From positions 1 to 64,000 of the IMG/VR virus record IMGVR_UViG_3300025398_000635: a stretch of DNA of 64,000 nt; one strand, 5' to 3'. The translations under genes were made by a program, and so were the position numbers. Within the stretch, counting starts at the first letter, position 1. Every line of letters begins with the position of its first letter. Source of the DNA: a virus. Lineage: Duplodnaviria; Caudoviricetes. This document shows, piece by piece, positions 29,874 to 37,438 of the stretch. The notes under the pieces are model-generated. The model was given only the letters and a program-made list of their open reading frames with translations, was not told where the DNA came from and made no database searches.

Positions 29874-29902
29874 ATTGTAACATCATTACGCCGGAATGTC
29901 AA
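29874..29902 (-). promoter_or_regulatory. Sigma70-like promoter for the rpoZ-like gene
   Basis: TTGACA-17-TACAAT. Confidence 0.75.
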
Positions 29903-30468
29903 ACATATTGTATATCAGCAGCCAAAATAAATCTATAGTCTTTACTTTGTGCAATGCCAGGTCTATGCCATTGATTACTTGGATAAATTAACCAAGAATA
30001 TTCTGTAGGACGTACAAAAAACTTTCCATCACCTTCTGGACCATTTGGTGCCATTTCAGTTCCGCATGTATCACGATCTTCAACATCTGTAGGAATGTGT
30101 AGATAGTATATGCCGCTGATACTGTTACCACCATGTTTGTCATGATGATGCCAGTAGCTATCTCTATTTTCCTGTGTATCTGTATTGGTCATAAAACTCC
30201 AAGCCATCATATTGGAAACCTTGACTTCGTGACCCAGATACATGAACACACTCATTAAAAAACTCATGCGATACTTTAACCAAACTGGTTCTTTACGGGC
30301 AAAGATATTTTCTTTGGTTTGAAATTTTGGGGAATTTTCAAAGTAATTACCGCTGTCAATTATGTCTTTAATAACAAACATAGCCTGCCAGTTGTCATCC
30401 TCTGTAATTATACTAGAGAAATCATACTTTTTAAAAGTATCGTTAGAATCAATTATAGTGTGCATCAA
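29899..30468 (-). CDS. 2OG-Fe(II) oxygenase-like hypothetical protein
   Basis: WHHHD, SGIYYL, WHRPG, RFILAAD. Confidence 0.6.
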   Translation of the reverse strand: MMHTIIDSNDTFKKYDFSSIITEDDNWQAMFVIKDIIDSGNYFENSPKFQTKENIFARKEPVWLKYRMSFLMSVFMYLGHEVKVSNMMAWSFMTNTDTQENRDSYWHHHDKHGGNSISGIYYLHIPTDVEDRDTCGTEMAPNGPEGDGKFFVRPTEYSWLIYPSNQWHRPGIAQSKDYRFILAADIQYV

Positions 30469-30725
30469 GCAGTACGATGGATTAAGTGAAAACCAAACTG
30501 TGTTTGCACAGGCTGGCTAATAGAGCCAACAGGGGTTGCTAGAGTAGCATCTTCAAAAGGCTTAACCATTTGGCCTGGACCAAAATCTCCTAGATCACCG
30601 CCACGAGCTTTGCTTGGGCATGAGCTATGTTGCATGGCCAGTTGACCGAAATTTAAAGGTGTTGCCTGTTCACGTAGTGATGTTGCTTGTTCTAATGTTG
30701 ATACTAAAATATGACTTGCTTTCAT
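30465..30725 (-). CDS. ppiC: Parvulin-type peptidyl-prolyl isomerase
   Basis: ASHILV, SSCPS..GGDLG.F..GQMVKPFE, TQFGFHLI. Confidence 0.92.
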   Translation of the reverse strand: MKASHILVSTLEQATSLREQATPLNFGQLAMQHSSCPSKARGGDLGDFGPGQMVKPFEDATLATPVGSISQPVQTQFGFHLIHRTA

Positions 30726-30748
30726 GTTTTTTCCTTTTTATAAAACTT

Positions 30749-30825
<77 letters not shown>

Positions 30826-30827
30826 AA

Positions 30828-30986
30828 TTATCTGCCTCTACCTGCTGATTTTTTAGCAGGTTTATTAACAATAACTTGATTGCCTCCGGCTGCCTTAGCG
30901 ATGTCGCCCTTATTCTTTTTACTGCTTTGATTTCGACTAGCATTTTTCTTTTCTAATGCCGCTTTCAAAATATCACTAGTTCCCAT
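30828..30986 (-). CDS. Small basic protein, 52 aa
   Basis: Hand translation MGTSDILKAALEKKNASR...KPAKKSAGRGR; AAGGAG RBS. Confidence 0.55.
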   Translation of the reverse strand: MGTSDILKAALEKKNASRNQSSKKNKGDIAKAAGGNQVIVNKPAKKSAGRGR

Positions 30987-30996
30987 ACTATCTCCT

Positions 30997-31070
30997 TGGA
31001 GCGGGATATCGGAATCGAACCGATGACGAAAGATTGGAAATCTTTAGTTTTGCCCCTAAACTAATCCCGC
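30997..31070 (-). tRNA. tRNA-Gly(TCC)
   Basis: Loop TTTCCAA; CCA. Confidence 0.92.
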
Positions 31071-31078
31071 ATAATACT

Positions 31079-31154
31079 TGGTGCCCCTTGTCCGACTCGA
31101 ACAGACCACCTACTGATTACAAATCAGTTGCTCTACCAGATGAGCTAAAGGGGC
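31079..31154 (-). tRNA. tRNA-Thr(TGT)
   Basis: Loop TTTGTAA; CCA. Confidence 0.92.
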
Positions 31155-31162
31155 AAAAATTA

Positions 31163-31396
31163 TTACTCTGCTACTACTTCTTCTACCGCCGACTCCACCA
31201 CTTCTTCTACAACAGCCGGAGCCTTGTAGCTTGGAAGACTTTTCATAAATGCAATTCTGCGTTGGATCATTGCCACGTGCTTTTTACGAGCACCACTTAG
31301 CAATTTTTCTAATTGCTCAATATTCAATGGCCCTAAACGAGTTTTACCGTTACGGGTTAGCATTGTACTTTTTGTTTTTTGTTTTGCGGCTGCCAT
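31163..31396 (-). CDS. Small basic protein with acidic tail
   Basis: ORF track; AAGGA RBS. Confidence 0.55.
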   Translation of the reverse strand: MAAAKQKTKSTMLTRNGKTRLGPLNIEQLEKLLSGARKKHVAMIQRRIAFMKSLPSYKAPAVVEEVVESAVEEVVAE

Positions 31397-31417
31397 AGTG
31401 TTTCCTTATTGTTTATT

Positions 31418-31561
31418 TTACTTAGTTTTAGGCTTTTTGTCTACTGGTCGTTTATGATCTTTTGTTTTTTTATTGCCAAAAATTTTATCCCAATTTTGAT
31501 CAAAAACTTCTTTAGGCACAGTAAATGGTCTTGCCTTACTACCTTTTCCGCCGTCACTCAT
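31418..31561 (-). CDS. Small basic protein, 47 aa
   Basis: MSDGGKGSKARPFTVPKEVFDQNWDKIFGNKK...; GGAGA RBS. Confidence 0.6.
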   Translation of the reverse strand: MSDGGKGSKARPFTVPKEVFDQNWDKIFGNKKTKDHKRPVDKKPKTK

Positions 31562-31573
31562 AATGATCTCCTA

Positions 31574-31960
31574 CTATCTTTTTAATCCTCTTGCTTGTCT
31601 ACCGTTACCTTTGTTTTTAGCAACAAACGTATCTGTTTGACTGTGGCAATTAGGACACATAAGTCTCAAATTCTTTGGAGTGTTATTACTAGCATCTCCG
31701 TCTATATGATCTAATTGTAATGCCAACGGCTGGTTATTGTAAACCCCAGTATTGCCACATTCAACACATTGATATCCAAATAGGTGTTTTAAAATTCGAT
31801 GTAATGTTCTTCTATTAGAAACTTCACCTTTTTTAAATTTGGGCAAAGTTTCGTGTTCTAATTGATAATCTTGTTGACAAGCATTATTACAATACTTGTT
31901 CATATGATTCTTCTTTTTTACATTTTCTTTTTTACAACTAATACATTTAAAATATTCCAT
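31574..31960 (-). CDS. HNH endonuclease with N-terminal Zn-finger
   Basis: LQLDHIDGDASNN..NLRLMCPNCHSQT; CISC..YCNNAC; perfect late TATAAATA at 31978-31985. Confidence 0.88.
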   Translation of the reverse strand: MEYFKCISCKKENVKKKNHMNKYCNNACQQDYQLEHETLPKFKKGEVSNRRTLHRILKHLFGYQCVECGNTGVYNNQPLALQLDHIDGDASNNTPKNLRLMCPNCHSQTDTFVAKNKGNGRQARGLKR

Positions 31961-32012
31961 TATGTAGTCCTCTGTACTATTTATACAGAGCTCTACATTT
32001 TCTACTAATTAA

Positions 32013-32088
32013 TGGTGGAGGTGACAGGACTTGAACCCGCTACCTTGACCTTGCAAAGGTCCTGCTCTACCAGATGAGCTACACCCCC
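32013..32088 (-). tRNA. tRNA-Ala(TGC)
   Basis: Loop TTTGCAA; G3.U70; CCA. Confidence 0.92.
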
Positions 32089-32136
32089 ATTATTCTTAAA
32101 ACACTACATTTAAAACTTGGCTCCCCGTGAATCTAT

Positions 32137-32901
32137 TTAATTTTTTACTAACAAGAATGTTTTAGATGTGGTTTGGACCCCGCCGTATTGGTCATCTATT
32201 ACTTCTAATATTTGGCATCCTGCATCTTCAGCTAATTCATCTATTAACTGTTCTGTAAGGGCATGCATTTCTATAAACGCATCAGTGCCTTTTAACCGAT
32301 GGTATGCTAGATGTTGATCAAGGCTGAATTGATATGGTCCATTTAATTGACTATCAGTTAATATTTGAAAATAAGCAATACCATTAGATTTAAGATTTCC
32401 CAAAGCTACATCTAACGTGTATAGTTGTATAGGTGGTGTATTATGCTGTAAGGTTATTACAGAATAAAAACAATCATAATCAACTATATTCTTAACATCA
32501 GTATATTTTTCTATTAATCTAGTCGATACATTGGTAATACTGTGATTACTAAGATAGTCTTGACATATTGCTAAATTATGCTGATCGATATCTGTCGCTG
32601 TAATACTATCAAAAACAGTGGACAGCTGACTAGTAACACGTCCGACACCGCAACCTAATTCAAAACAATGTCCCGAAGGTGTTAGACCATTACGGTCGCA
32701 TGCTGTTAGAAAATCTTCTAGATAATCTCCGCCAGATTGATAAAACTGTTTTATCTTGTCTTGATCCGACAAACTAATAAATTCGTCTTTGGCCAATACT
32801 GACCAATATGGCAAGTTTTGACTTACAAGACTGTACTGAGTACGAGTTATATCAAATAACTGATTGAGTATCGAATGTGATGCTGTAACATCTATCTTCA
32901 T
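32137..32901 (-). CDS. Class I SAM-dependent methyltransferase
   Basis: FELGCGVGR, ATDID, YSVITLQH, LKSNG. Confidence 0.8.
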   Translation of the reverse strand: MKIDVTASHSILNQLFDITRTQYSLVSQNLPYWSVLAKDEFISLSDQDKIKQFYQSGGDYLEDFLTACDRNGLTPSGHCFELGCGVGRVTSQLSTVFDSITATDIDQHNLAICQDYLSNHSITNVSTRLIEKYTDVKNIVDYDCFYSVITLQHNTPPIQLYTLDVALGNLKSNGIAYFQILTDSQLNGPYQFSLDQHLAYHRLKGTDAFIEMHALTEQLIDELAEDAGCQILEVIDDQYGGVQTTSKTFLLVKN

Positions 32902-32906
32902 AATGC

Positions 32907-32982
32907 TGGCTCCCCAACCAGGACTTGAACCTGGGACCAACAGATTAACAGTCTGCTGCTCTACCGACTGAGCTATCGGGGA
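32907..32982 (-). tRNA. tRNA-Asn(GTT)
   Basis: Loop CTGTTAA; CCA. Confidence 0.93.
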
Positions 32983-32989
32983 ATAATCC

Positions 32990-33193
32990 TTACTCTATTA
33001 CAGTTGCACTTGTACTAGTTTGAGCGTAGTTACCGCCTGGACGCTCTTTCTTAACTGTCTTTGGTACAACTGCCGCATATAATTCTGCTTCAATTAAACA
33101 CTTCTTCCATGCACCGCGCTTATTTTTGTCAGTGAATGTGGCTAATTGTCTTTTTGAATCTTTACTTAGGTTAAACGTCTTACCTGGTTTCAT
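32990..33193 (-). CDS. Small basic hypothetical protein
   Basis: ORF track; AAAGGT RBS. Confidence 0.55.
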   Translation of the reverse strand: MKPGKTFNLSKDSKRQLATFTDKNKRGAWKKCLIEAELYAAVVPKTVKKERPGGNYAQTSTSATVIE

Positions 33194-33214
33194 AATTTAC
33201 CTTTTTTTAAATTT

Positions 33215-33308
33215 TGGCGGAGAACGAGGGATTCGAACCCTCGATACAGGTTTAAGCCCGTATGCCTCCTTAGCAGGGAGGTGCCTTCGACCACTCGGCC
33301 AGCTCTCC
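33215..33308 (-). tRNA. tRNA-Ser(GCT)
   Basis: Loop CTGCTAA; long variable arm; CCA. Confidence 0.93.
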
Positions 33309-33473
33309 GTTATCTTGTTACCTTACGTATTAATTTATACCAATAAAATTTTATACCCCTAAAAGATGGCAGCCAGGAAAAAAAATCAAAATCGCTAGCT
33401 ACTTCTTTCGGGATACTTCCATAGGCCTTGTTTAATGTATCGTCTTGCTTTGACATACGACTTCCTTAGTTAT

Positions 33474-33558
33474 TGGTAGGACTGGGCGGGGTCGAACCGC
33501 CATGGCGTGAGCCGCAGCATTTTAAGTGCTGTGAGTATACCTGTTTCTCCACAGTCCC
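33474..33558 (-). tRNA. tRNA-Leu(TAA)
   Basis: Loop CTTAAAA; long variable arm; CCA. Confidence 0.9.
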
Positions 33559-33562
33559 GTTT

Positions 33563-33871
33563 TTATTTCCACAACTTCAGCAAGTTAATAAACTCGGGGA
33601 AGTCATTATTATAACGTGGACACAAGGCAATAGCAAGCTCTGCATTGTCCATACGGCTTTCAGTAACCACGACGTGATCGCTTAGTTGTTTAATCATAGC
33701 ATACTCTGCAGGCGTTACTGCACATGTTACTTTCTTAAAACTCGAAGCTAGCCAATCATGCATCACAGGTTTATCTTTAAATTCTAAGTAGCACATAAGT
33801 CCTGCATGTGCCGCGGCATTCATTGCCATGCCCGGAGCAGTACCTTCTTTGATACAAATATACATCTTCAT
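33563..33871 (-). CDS. Peptidyl-tRNA hydrolase type II (Pth2-like)
   Basis: KMYICIK...AAAHAG...W....FKKVTC...ES...AIALCPR. Confidence 0.75.
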   Translation of the reverse strand: MKMYICIKEGTAPGMAMNAAAHAGLMCYLEFKDKPVMHDWLASSFKKVTCAVTPAEYAMIKQLSDHVVVTESRMDNAELAIALCPRYNNDFPEFINLLKLWK

Positions 33872-34013
33872 TCTTCAACTCCAAAATGTTGTTTAAACAG
33901 GTCGAGCCGGATACTGTTATCTTTATACACACGAGATACTTCAACACCGTTCTCTACTACGGTGGTCATATCATCCCAGATGATGGTAGCACGATAGTTT
34001 AACTCTGGCTCGT

Positions 34014-34292
34014 TCATTCTTCGAATCCTAAAACTGAAATTTTCTTAACCATATCACCTAACCGTAGTTCCACATATAAACGACGCTCGTCTCCGTTAAA
34101 CATTCCGTCGCTAACTACAGCCGTATTGGCGATTTCATTAAACAATAACTCGGCGAACTTATCCAAGTATTCTTCAGGAGTATAGTTGTCTATCATTTCT
34201 CTGCCACTATCGTCCCATAATGTAAATCCTATACCAGCATCGAGAGCAAGTTTTTTAATCTTCTCGTTCATTGTGTTCTCCGCTTCATCCAA
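34014..34292 (-). CDS. Hypothetical protein
   Basis: ORF track; probable start MNEKIKK. Confidence 0.5.
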   Translation of the reverse strand: MDEAENTMNEKIKKLALDAGIGFTLWDDSGREMIDNYTPEEYLDKFAELLFNEIANTAVVSDGMFNGDERRLYVELRLGDMVKKISVLGFEE

Positions 34293-34495
34293 GTGTAATC
34301 TACGCCATCTGGTGTTTTACCATTAACTACTGCATCTACTCCCGGCTTGCCAATTGAGTTAGGATTTTCACTAACCATTGTGACAAATGTACGGCCTAGT
34401 GACCGATGGAATTGTGTAGCAGATAATGCTACACTCATATCCTCAAACACTTCTGCATGCGGAGTATCGTCTACTGTGTAATATACTTTAAACAT
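34268..34495 (-). CDS. Hypothetical protein
   Basis: ORF track; preceded by ATGACA-17-TATAAT (34501-34529). Confidence 0.55.
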   Translation of the reverse strand: MFKVYYTVDDTPHAEVFEDMSVALSATQFHRSLGRTFVTMVSENPNSIGKPGVDAVVNGKTPDGVDYTWMKRRTQ

Positions 34496-34535
34496 TCTTT
34501 ATTATACTTTCTCTATCTGTGTATGTCATTTTATT

Positions 34536-34611
34536 TGGCGTCCCCCCACGGTGACGATCCGCGCTCTTCGGTTTTGGAGACCGATGTTCTGCCAACATGA
34601 ACTAGGGAGAC
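34536..34611 (-). tRNA. tRNA-Trp(CCA) with non-canonical T-loop
   Basis: Loop CTCCAAA; T-loop ATCGTCA; CCA. Confidence 0.8.
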
Positions 34612-34615
34612 AATT

Positions 34616-34705
34616 TGGCGGAAACGGTGAGATTCGAACTCACGGAGCTTTTACACTCGACAGTTTTCAAGACTGTTGCAATAAACCGGACTCTGCCACA
34701 TTTCC
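34616..34705 (-). tRNA. tRNA-Ser(TGA)
   Basis: Loop CTTGAAA; long variable arm; CCA. Confidence 0.93.
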
Positions 34706-34710
34706 AATAT

Positions 34711-34784
34711 TGGTTGCGGGACCTGGAATCGCACCAGGGACTAGGGCTTATGAGACCCTCGAGATACTCCTTCTCTATCCCGCG
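34711..34784 (-). tRNA. tRNA-Met(CAT), initiator-like
   Basis: C1:A72 mismatch; loop CTCATAA; T-loop TGCGATT. Confidence 0.8.
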
Positions 34785-34789
34785 ATAGA

Positions 34790-34892
34790 TTAGTAACTGT
34801 TATTGTTGTGTCGGGAAACAGTTAAACCCCGTGAGCGCAGCCCATCCTGTTTTCGCGTCAGCGGATGCGGAATATGATTACAGGTCCGCATT
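34790..34892 (-). ncRNA. Candidate structured RNA in the Leu-Met spacer
   Basis: ATGCGGA/TTCCGCAT stem with loop CCTGT complementary to downstream ACAGG; TAACTGTT/AACAGTTA stem. Confidence 0.45.
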
Positions 34893-34898
34893 AAATTT

Positions 34899-34983
34899 TG
34901 GTGCCCCCCAAGGGACTCGAACCCTCACACCTTGCGATACCAGAACCTAAATCTGGCGCGTCTACCAATTTCGCCAAAGGGGC
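34899..34983 (-). tRNA. tRNA-Leu(TAG)
   Basis: Loop TTTAGGT; long variable arm; CCA. Confidence 0.92.
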
Positions 34984-35000
34984 ATGCTTTTACTTATACT

Positions 35001-35213
35001 ATTAGTTGTATTGTCATGTTATGGACTAGGCCCAACCCTAGTCGTTTGCTTTTACTGTCCTATGCTTACTATATGGGATGATCAGTCCGATCTCGTCATA
35101 GTCCAACTCGCGTTAGTTAGTCCACAGTCTAGGACCGTAGCATTTGCCGGCTCTCCCTAACGTTGAAAGTGCATTATGCGATACACGCATTTTTCCATAA
35201 CAATACAACTAAT
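35001..35213 (-). ncRNA. Candidate structured RNA (~210 nt) closed by a long terminal stem
   Basis: Perfect 14-bp inverted repeat 35001-35014/35200-35213, an 8-bp extension and internal hairpins. Confidence 0.55.
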
Positions 35214-35288
35214 GGCGCTCCCAGCGAGATTCGAACTCGCGTACTCACCGTGAAAGGGTGATGTCCTAGGCCTCTAGACGATGGGAGC
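35213..35288 (-). tRNA. tRNA-Glu(TTC)
   Basis: Loop CTTTCAC; CCA. Confidence 0.93.
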
Positions 35289-35332
35289 CATGTACTACTT
35301 GAATTGTTAATGAACTTAACTACTAAACAACT

Positions 35333-35361
35333 ATTATACATATTAGTTAGGTTAATGTCAA
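35333..35361 (-). promoter_or_regulatory. Sigma70 consensus promoter inside the tRNA array
   Basis: TTGACA-17-TATAAT. Confidence 0.85.
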
Positions 35362-35368
35362 CCTTTAT

Positions 35369-35445
35369 TGGCCGGCCCTGAGAGATTCGAACTCCCAACC
35401 GCTGGTTTCGAAGACCAGAACTCTATCCAATTGAGCTAAGGGCCG
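35369..35445 (-). tRNA. tRNA-Arg(TCG)
   Basis: Loop CTTCGAA; CCA. Confidence 0.9.
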
Positions 35446-36022
35446 TTAATTTGAATATGCCCTCAACGCCTGTGCTAGACCATCCGGGATAATCTTCTAA
35501 TTTAAATATTTTTCCTTTACTGTCATTTACACAATCTTCTTTGAGAAGAATGTGTGTATTTAAATTATATTTCTGAATAATATTAAAGAGTGATTCGTAT
35601 CCTAACGGTCTGACACGTACACATATGTCCATAGCGCCACCACACATATAAATGTTATCTATTTGATTATTCTTTATAAACATTTCAAATTCCCACGGAT
35701 AATGCATGGCGATTTGTTGTTTTTTGCTAGACCAATTTAATATAATTTTATCAGTTCTTTGAAATGATTTAGGGTCCACGTTTGCTAATATATTTTTATT
35801 ATTGTATAATTCCTCACCTAATAATTTTAGACTATTAGCATGCCATATTGTATTTGATTCATCGATAGAATCATACGTTGCTAGTATAATAGTTTTAATA
35901 TTGTCATTAGATTCTACAAATTTTTTAATTTTGTTGAACAGGATATAGTCGTAGTCAAATGGAATTTTAAACTTCGACAACCATGTTTCCCAACAATCGA
36001 TTAATATAGCGATATCATTCAT
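35423..36022 (-). CDS. Isochorismatase/cysteine-hydrolase-like protein; stop inside tRNA-Arg
   Basis: IAILIDCW and NIYMCGGAMDICV; start MNDIA. Confidence 0.5.
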   Translation of the reverse strand: MNDIAILIDCWETWLSKFKIPFDYDYILFNKIKKFVESNDNIKTIILATYDSIDESNTIWHANSLKLLGEELYNNKNILANVDPKSFQRTDKIILNWSSKKQQIAMHYPWEFEMFIKNNQIDNIYMCGGAMDICVRVRPLGYESLFNIIQKYNLNTHILLKEDCVNDSKGKIFKLEDYPGWSSTGVEGIFKLTALSSIG

Positions 36023-36043
36023 AATGTTACTTATTAAGAGTAA

Positions 36044-36126
36044 TGGTGCCCCTGACGGGATTCGAACCCGCAACCTAACTGTCTCTTGAACAGCCGCGTC
36101 TTCCTAGTATATTGCGCCACAGGGGC
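36044..36126 (-). tRNA. Atypical tRNA (Leu-like; AAG with C33, or 9-nt loop TTCAAGAGA)
   Basis: Acceptor GCCCCTG/CAGGGGC, T-arm and CCA intact; enlarged D-loop; irregular anticodon loop. Confidence 0.7.
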
Positions 36127-36128
36127 AT

Positions 36129-36223
36129 TGGTAGTAGATAAAGGTTACGATCCTTTCCGTTGCAGCCCATCTGACCACTCTCCCAGGTTTATAAAACCTA
36201 GCCGCACACCAGTGCTATCTACC
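36129..36223 (-). tRNA. Atypical tRNA with TAT (Ile) anticodon
   Basis: Acceptor GGTAGAT/ATCTACT; 4-nt D-loop; loop TTTATAA; 27-nt variable region; T-loop ATCGTAA; CCA. Confidence 0.7.
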
Positions 36224-36231
36224 GTTGTATT

Positions 36232-36308
36232 TGGGGTGGCTGATGGGAATCGAACCCACGAGTATCGGAATCACAATCCGAGGTCTTAACCGCTTGACGA
36301 CAGCCACC
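36232..36308 (-). tRNA. tRNA-His(GTG)
   Basis: G-1:C73; loop TTGTGAT; CCA. Confidence 0.93.
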
Positions 36309-36369
36309 ATTGTGTAGGGCTTCCACCTACTCCCACCTCGCTTTAAAGTCTGCGTGTCCAAGACTTAAT

Positions 36370-36444
36370 TGGTCCGGCTAGGAAGAATCGAACTTCCGTT
36401 ACAAGATTAGAAGTCTCGTGTATTATCCACTATACGATAGCCAG
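36370..36444 (-). tRNA. tRNA-Arg(TCT)
   Basis: Loop CTTCTAA; CCA. Confidence 0.92.
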
Positions 36445-36447
36445 GTT

Positions 36448-36521
36448 TGGCAGGGGATATAAGAATCGAACTTATACTGAGGGAATCAAAATCCCGTGTG
36501 CTACCACTACACCAATCCCCA
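36448..36521 (-). tRNA. tRNA-Gln(TTG)
   Basis: Loop TTTTGAT; 1:72 mismatch; CCA. Confidence 0.9.
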
Positions 36522-36582
36522 ATTGAAATAAAAAACTCCCCGCAGTGTGCTGTCTATGACAAGCAGGGGGAGGTGTGTGTTC

Positions 36583-36978
36583 TTAGTTTAGGGGAAGTCC
36601 TCTTGCGGCTCTTCCGCTACCTTTATTTCTTGCACTAAAAGTATCAGTTTGACTGTGACAATTAGGACATATTAATCTTAAATTACTTGGACTATTATTG
36701 CCAGCATTTCCATCAGTGTGATCGACTTGTAATGTTAACAGTTTGCCATTATGTTCGCTAATCCCACAACAACTACACTTGTATCCGCTGAGTTCTGTCA
36801 GCACTTTCCTAATTGTTTTGCGATCGCTTACTTCACCTCGATTAAATCTATTAATTGTTTCAGTAAACATTCCCTTAGCACTACAGGTATTGCTACAGTA
36901 TACATTCATTTTTTGATGAGACCATTTTGATTCGGTTCCACACGTTTTACAAAGATAAGTTTTGGTAGAGTTATTCAT
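36583..36978 (-). CDS. HNH endonuclease with N-terminal Zn-finger (paralog of 31574)
   Basis: LQVDHTDGNAGNN..NLRLICPNCHSQT; GKG.GR.ARGL-type C-terminus like the paralog; ATAAATA upstream. Confidence 0.88.
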   Translation of the reverse strand: MNNSTKTYLCKTCGTESKWSHQKMNVYCSNTCSAKGMFTETINRFNRGEVSDRKTIRKVLTELSGYKCSCCGISEHNGKLLTLQVDHTDGNAGNNSPSNLRLICPNCHSQTDTFSARNKGSGRAARGLPLN

Positions 36979-37007
36979 ATATTTATTTATCACTCTACCA
37001 AATAAAT

Positions 37008-37081
37008 TGGAGCGGGTAGCGAGAATCGAACTCGCGAATAAACCTTGGCAAGGTTTCAGGTTACCATTACATCATACCCGC
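37008..37081 (-). tRNA. tRNA-Gly(GCC)
   Basis: Loop TTGCCAA; CCA. Confidence 0.92.
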
Positions 37082-37087
37082 ATAAAT

Positions 37088-37337
37088 TGTTATTAGAAAA
37101 GGACCCTGAAAGTTTTGGTCTCCTGAAACGGAAAGACATGGCTGCCCGGACTTACAGATCCGCTTTACTGGTCCAGCAAACGTGGAGCATATATGTCATC
37201 AACAGATTTATGCTGTAATCACTATCTGTCATATTTGACAAGTGTAAAGTTTATAACTTTTGCTAGACTCTCCTTCCGGGATTGTCTATCCACCCTTGCG
37301 GGACACCGTTAATGCCTTGAGTCCTTTACTAATAACA
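37088..37337 (-). ncRNA. Candidate structured RNA (~250 nt)
   Basis: Ends pair (GTTATTAG..AAGGAC / GTCCTT..CTAATAAC); GNRA-capped hairpins CCC-GCAA-GGG and TCCC-GGAA-GGAG; further hairpins. Confidence 0.55.
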
Positions 37338-37360
37338 ACTAGATACTTATACTAATAACA

Positions 37361-37435
37361 TGGTGGTAATGGCTGGATTCGAACCAGCACCTTGCTCCGT
37401 ATGAAGGAGGTGCACGACCATTATGCTACATTACC
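37361..37435 (-). tRNA. tRNA(CAT): elongator Met or Ile2
   Basis: Loop TTCATAC; G1-C72; CCA. Confidence 0.88.
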
Positions 37436-37438
37436 ATT

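Noticed and set aside
33473-36638. ORF-track entries overlapping tRNAs (e.g. 33473+, 34551+, 35174-, 36086+, 36447+)
   Set aside because: Explained by tRNA or ncRNA sequence; no RBS or protein motifs
37088-37337. SRP RNA, RNase P, 6S or group I intron identity
   Set aside because: Only fragments (CCGGAAGG, GCAGCC) resemble SRP and are not adjacent; RNase P and intron core motifs are absent
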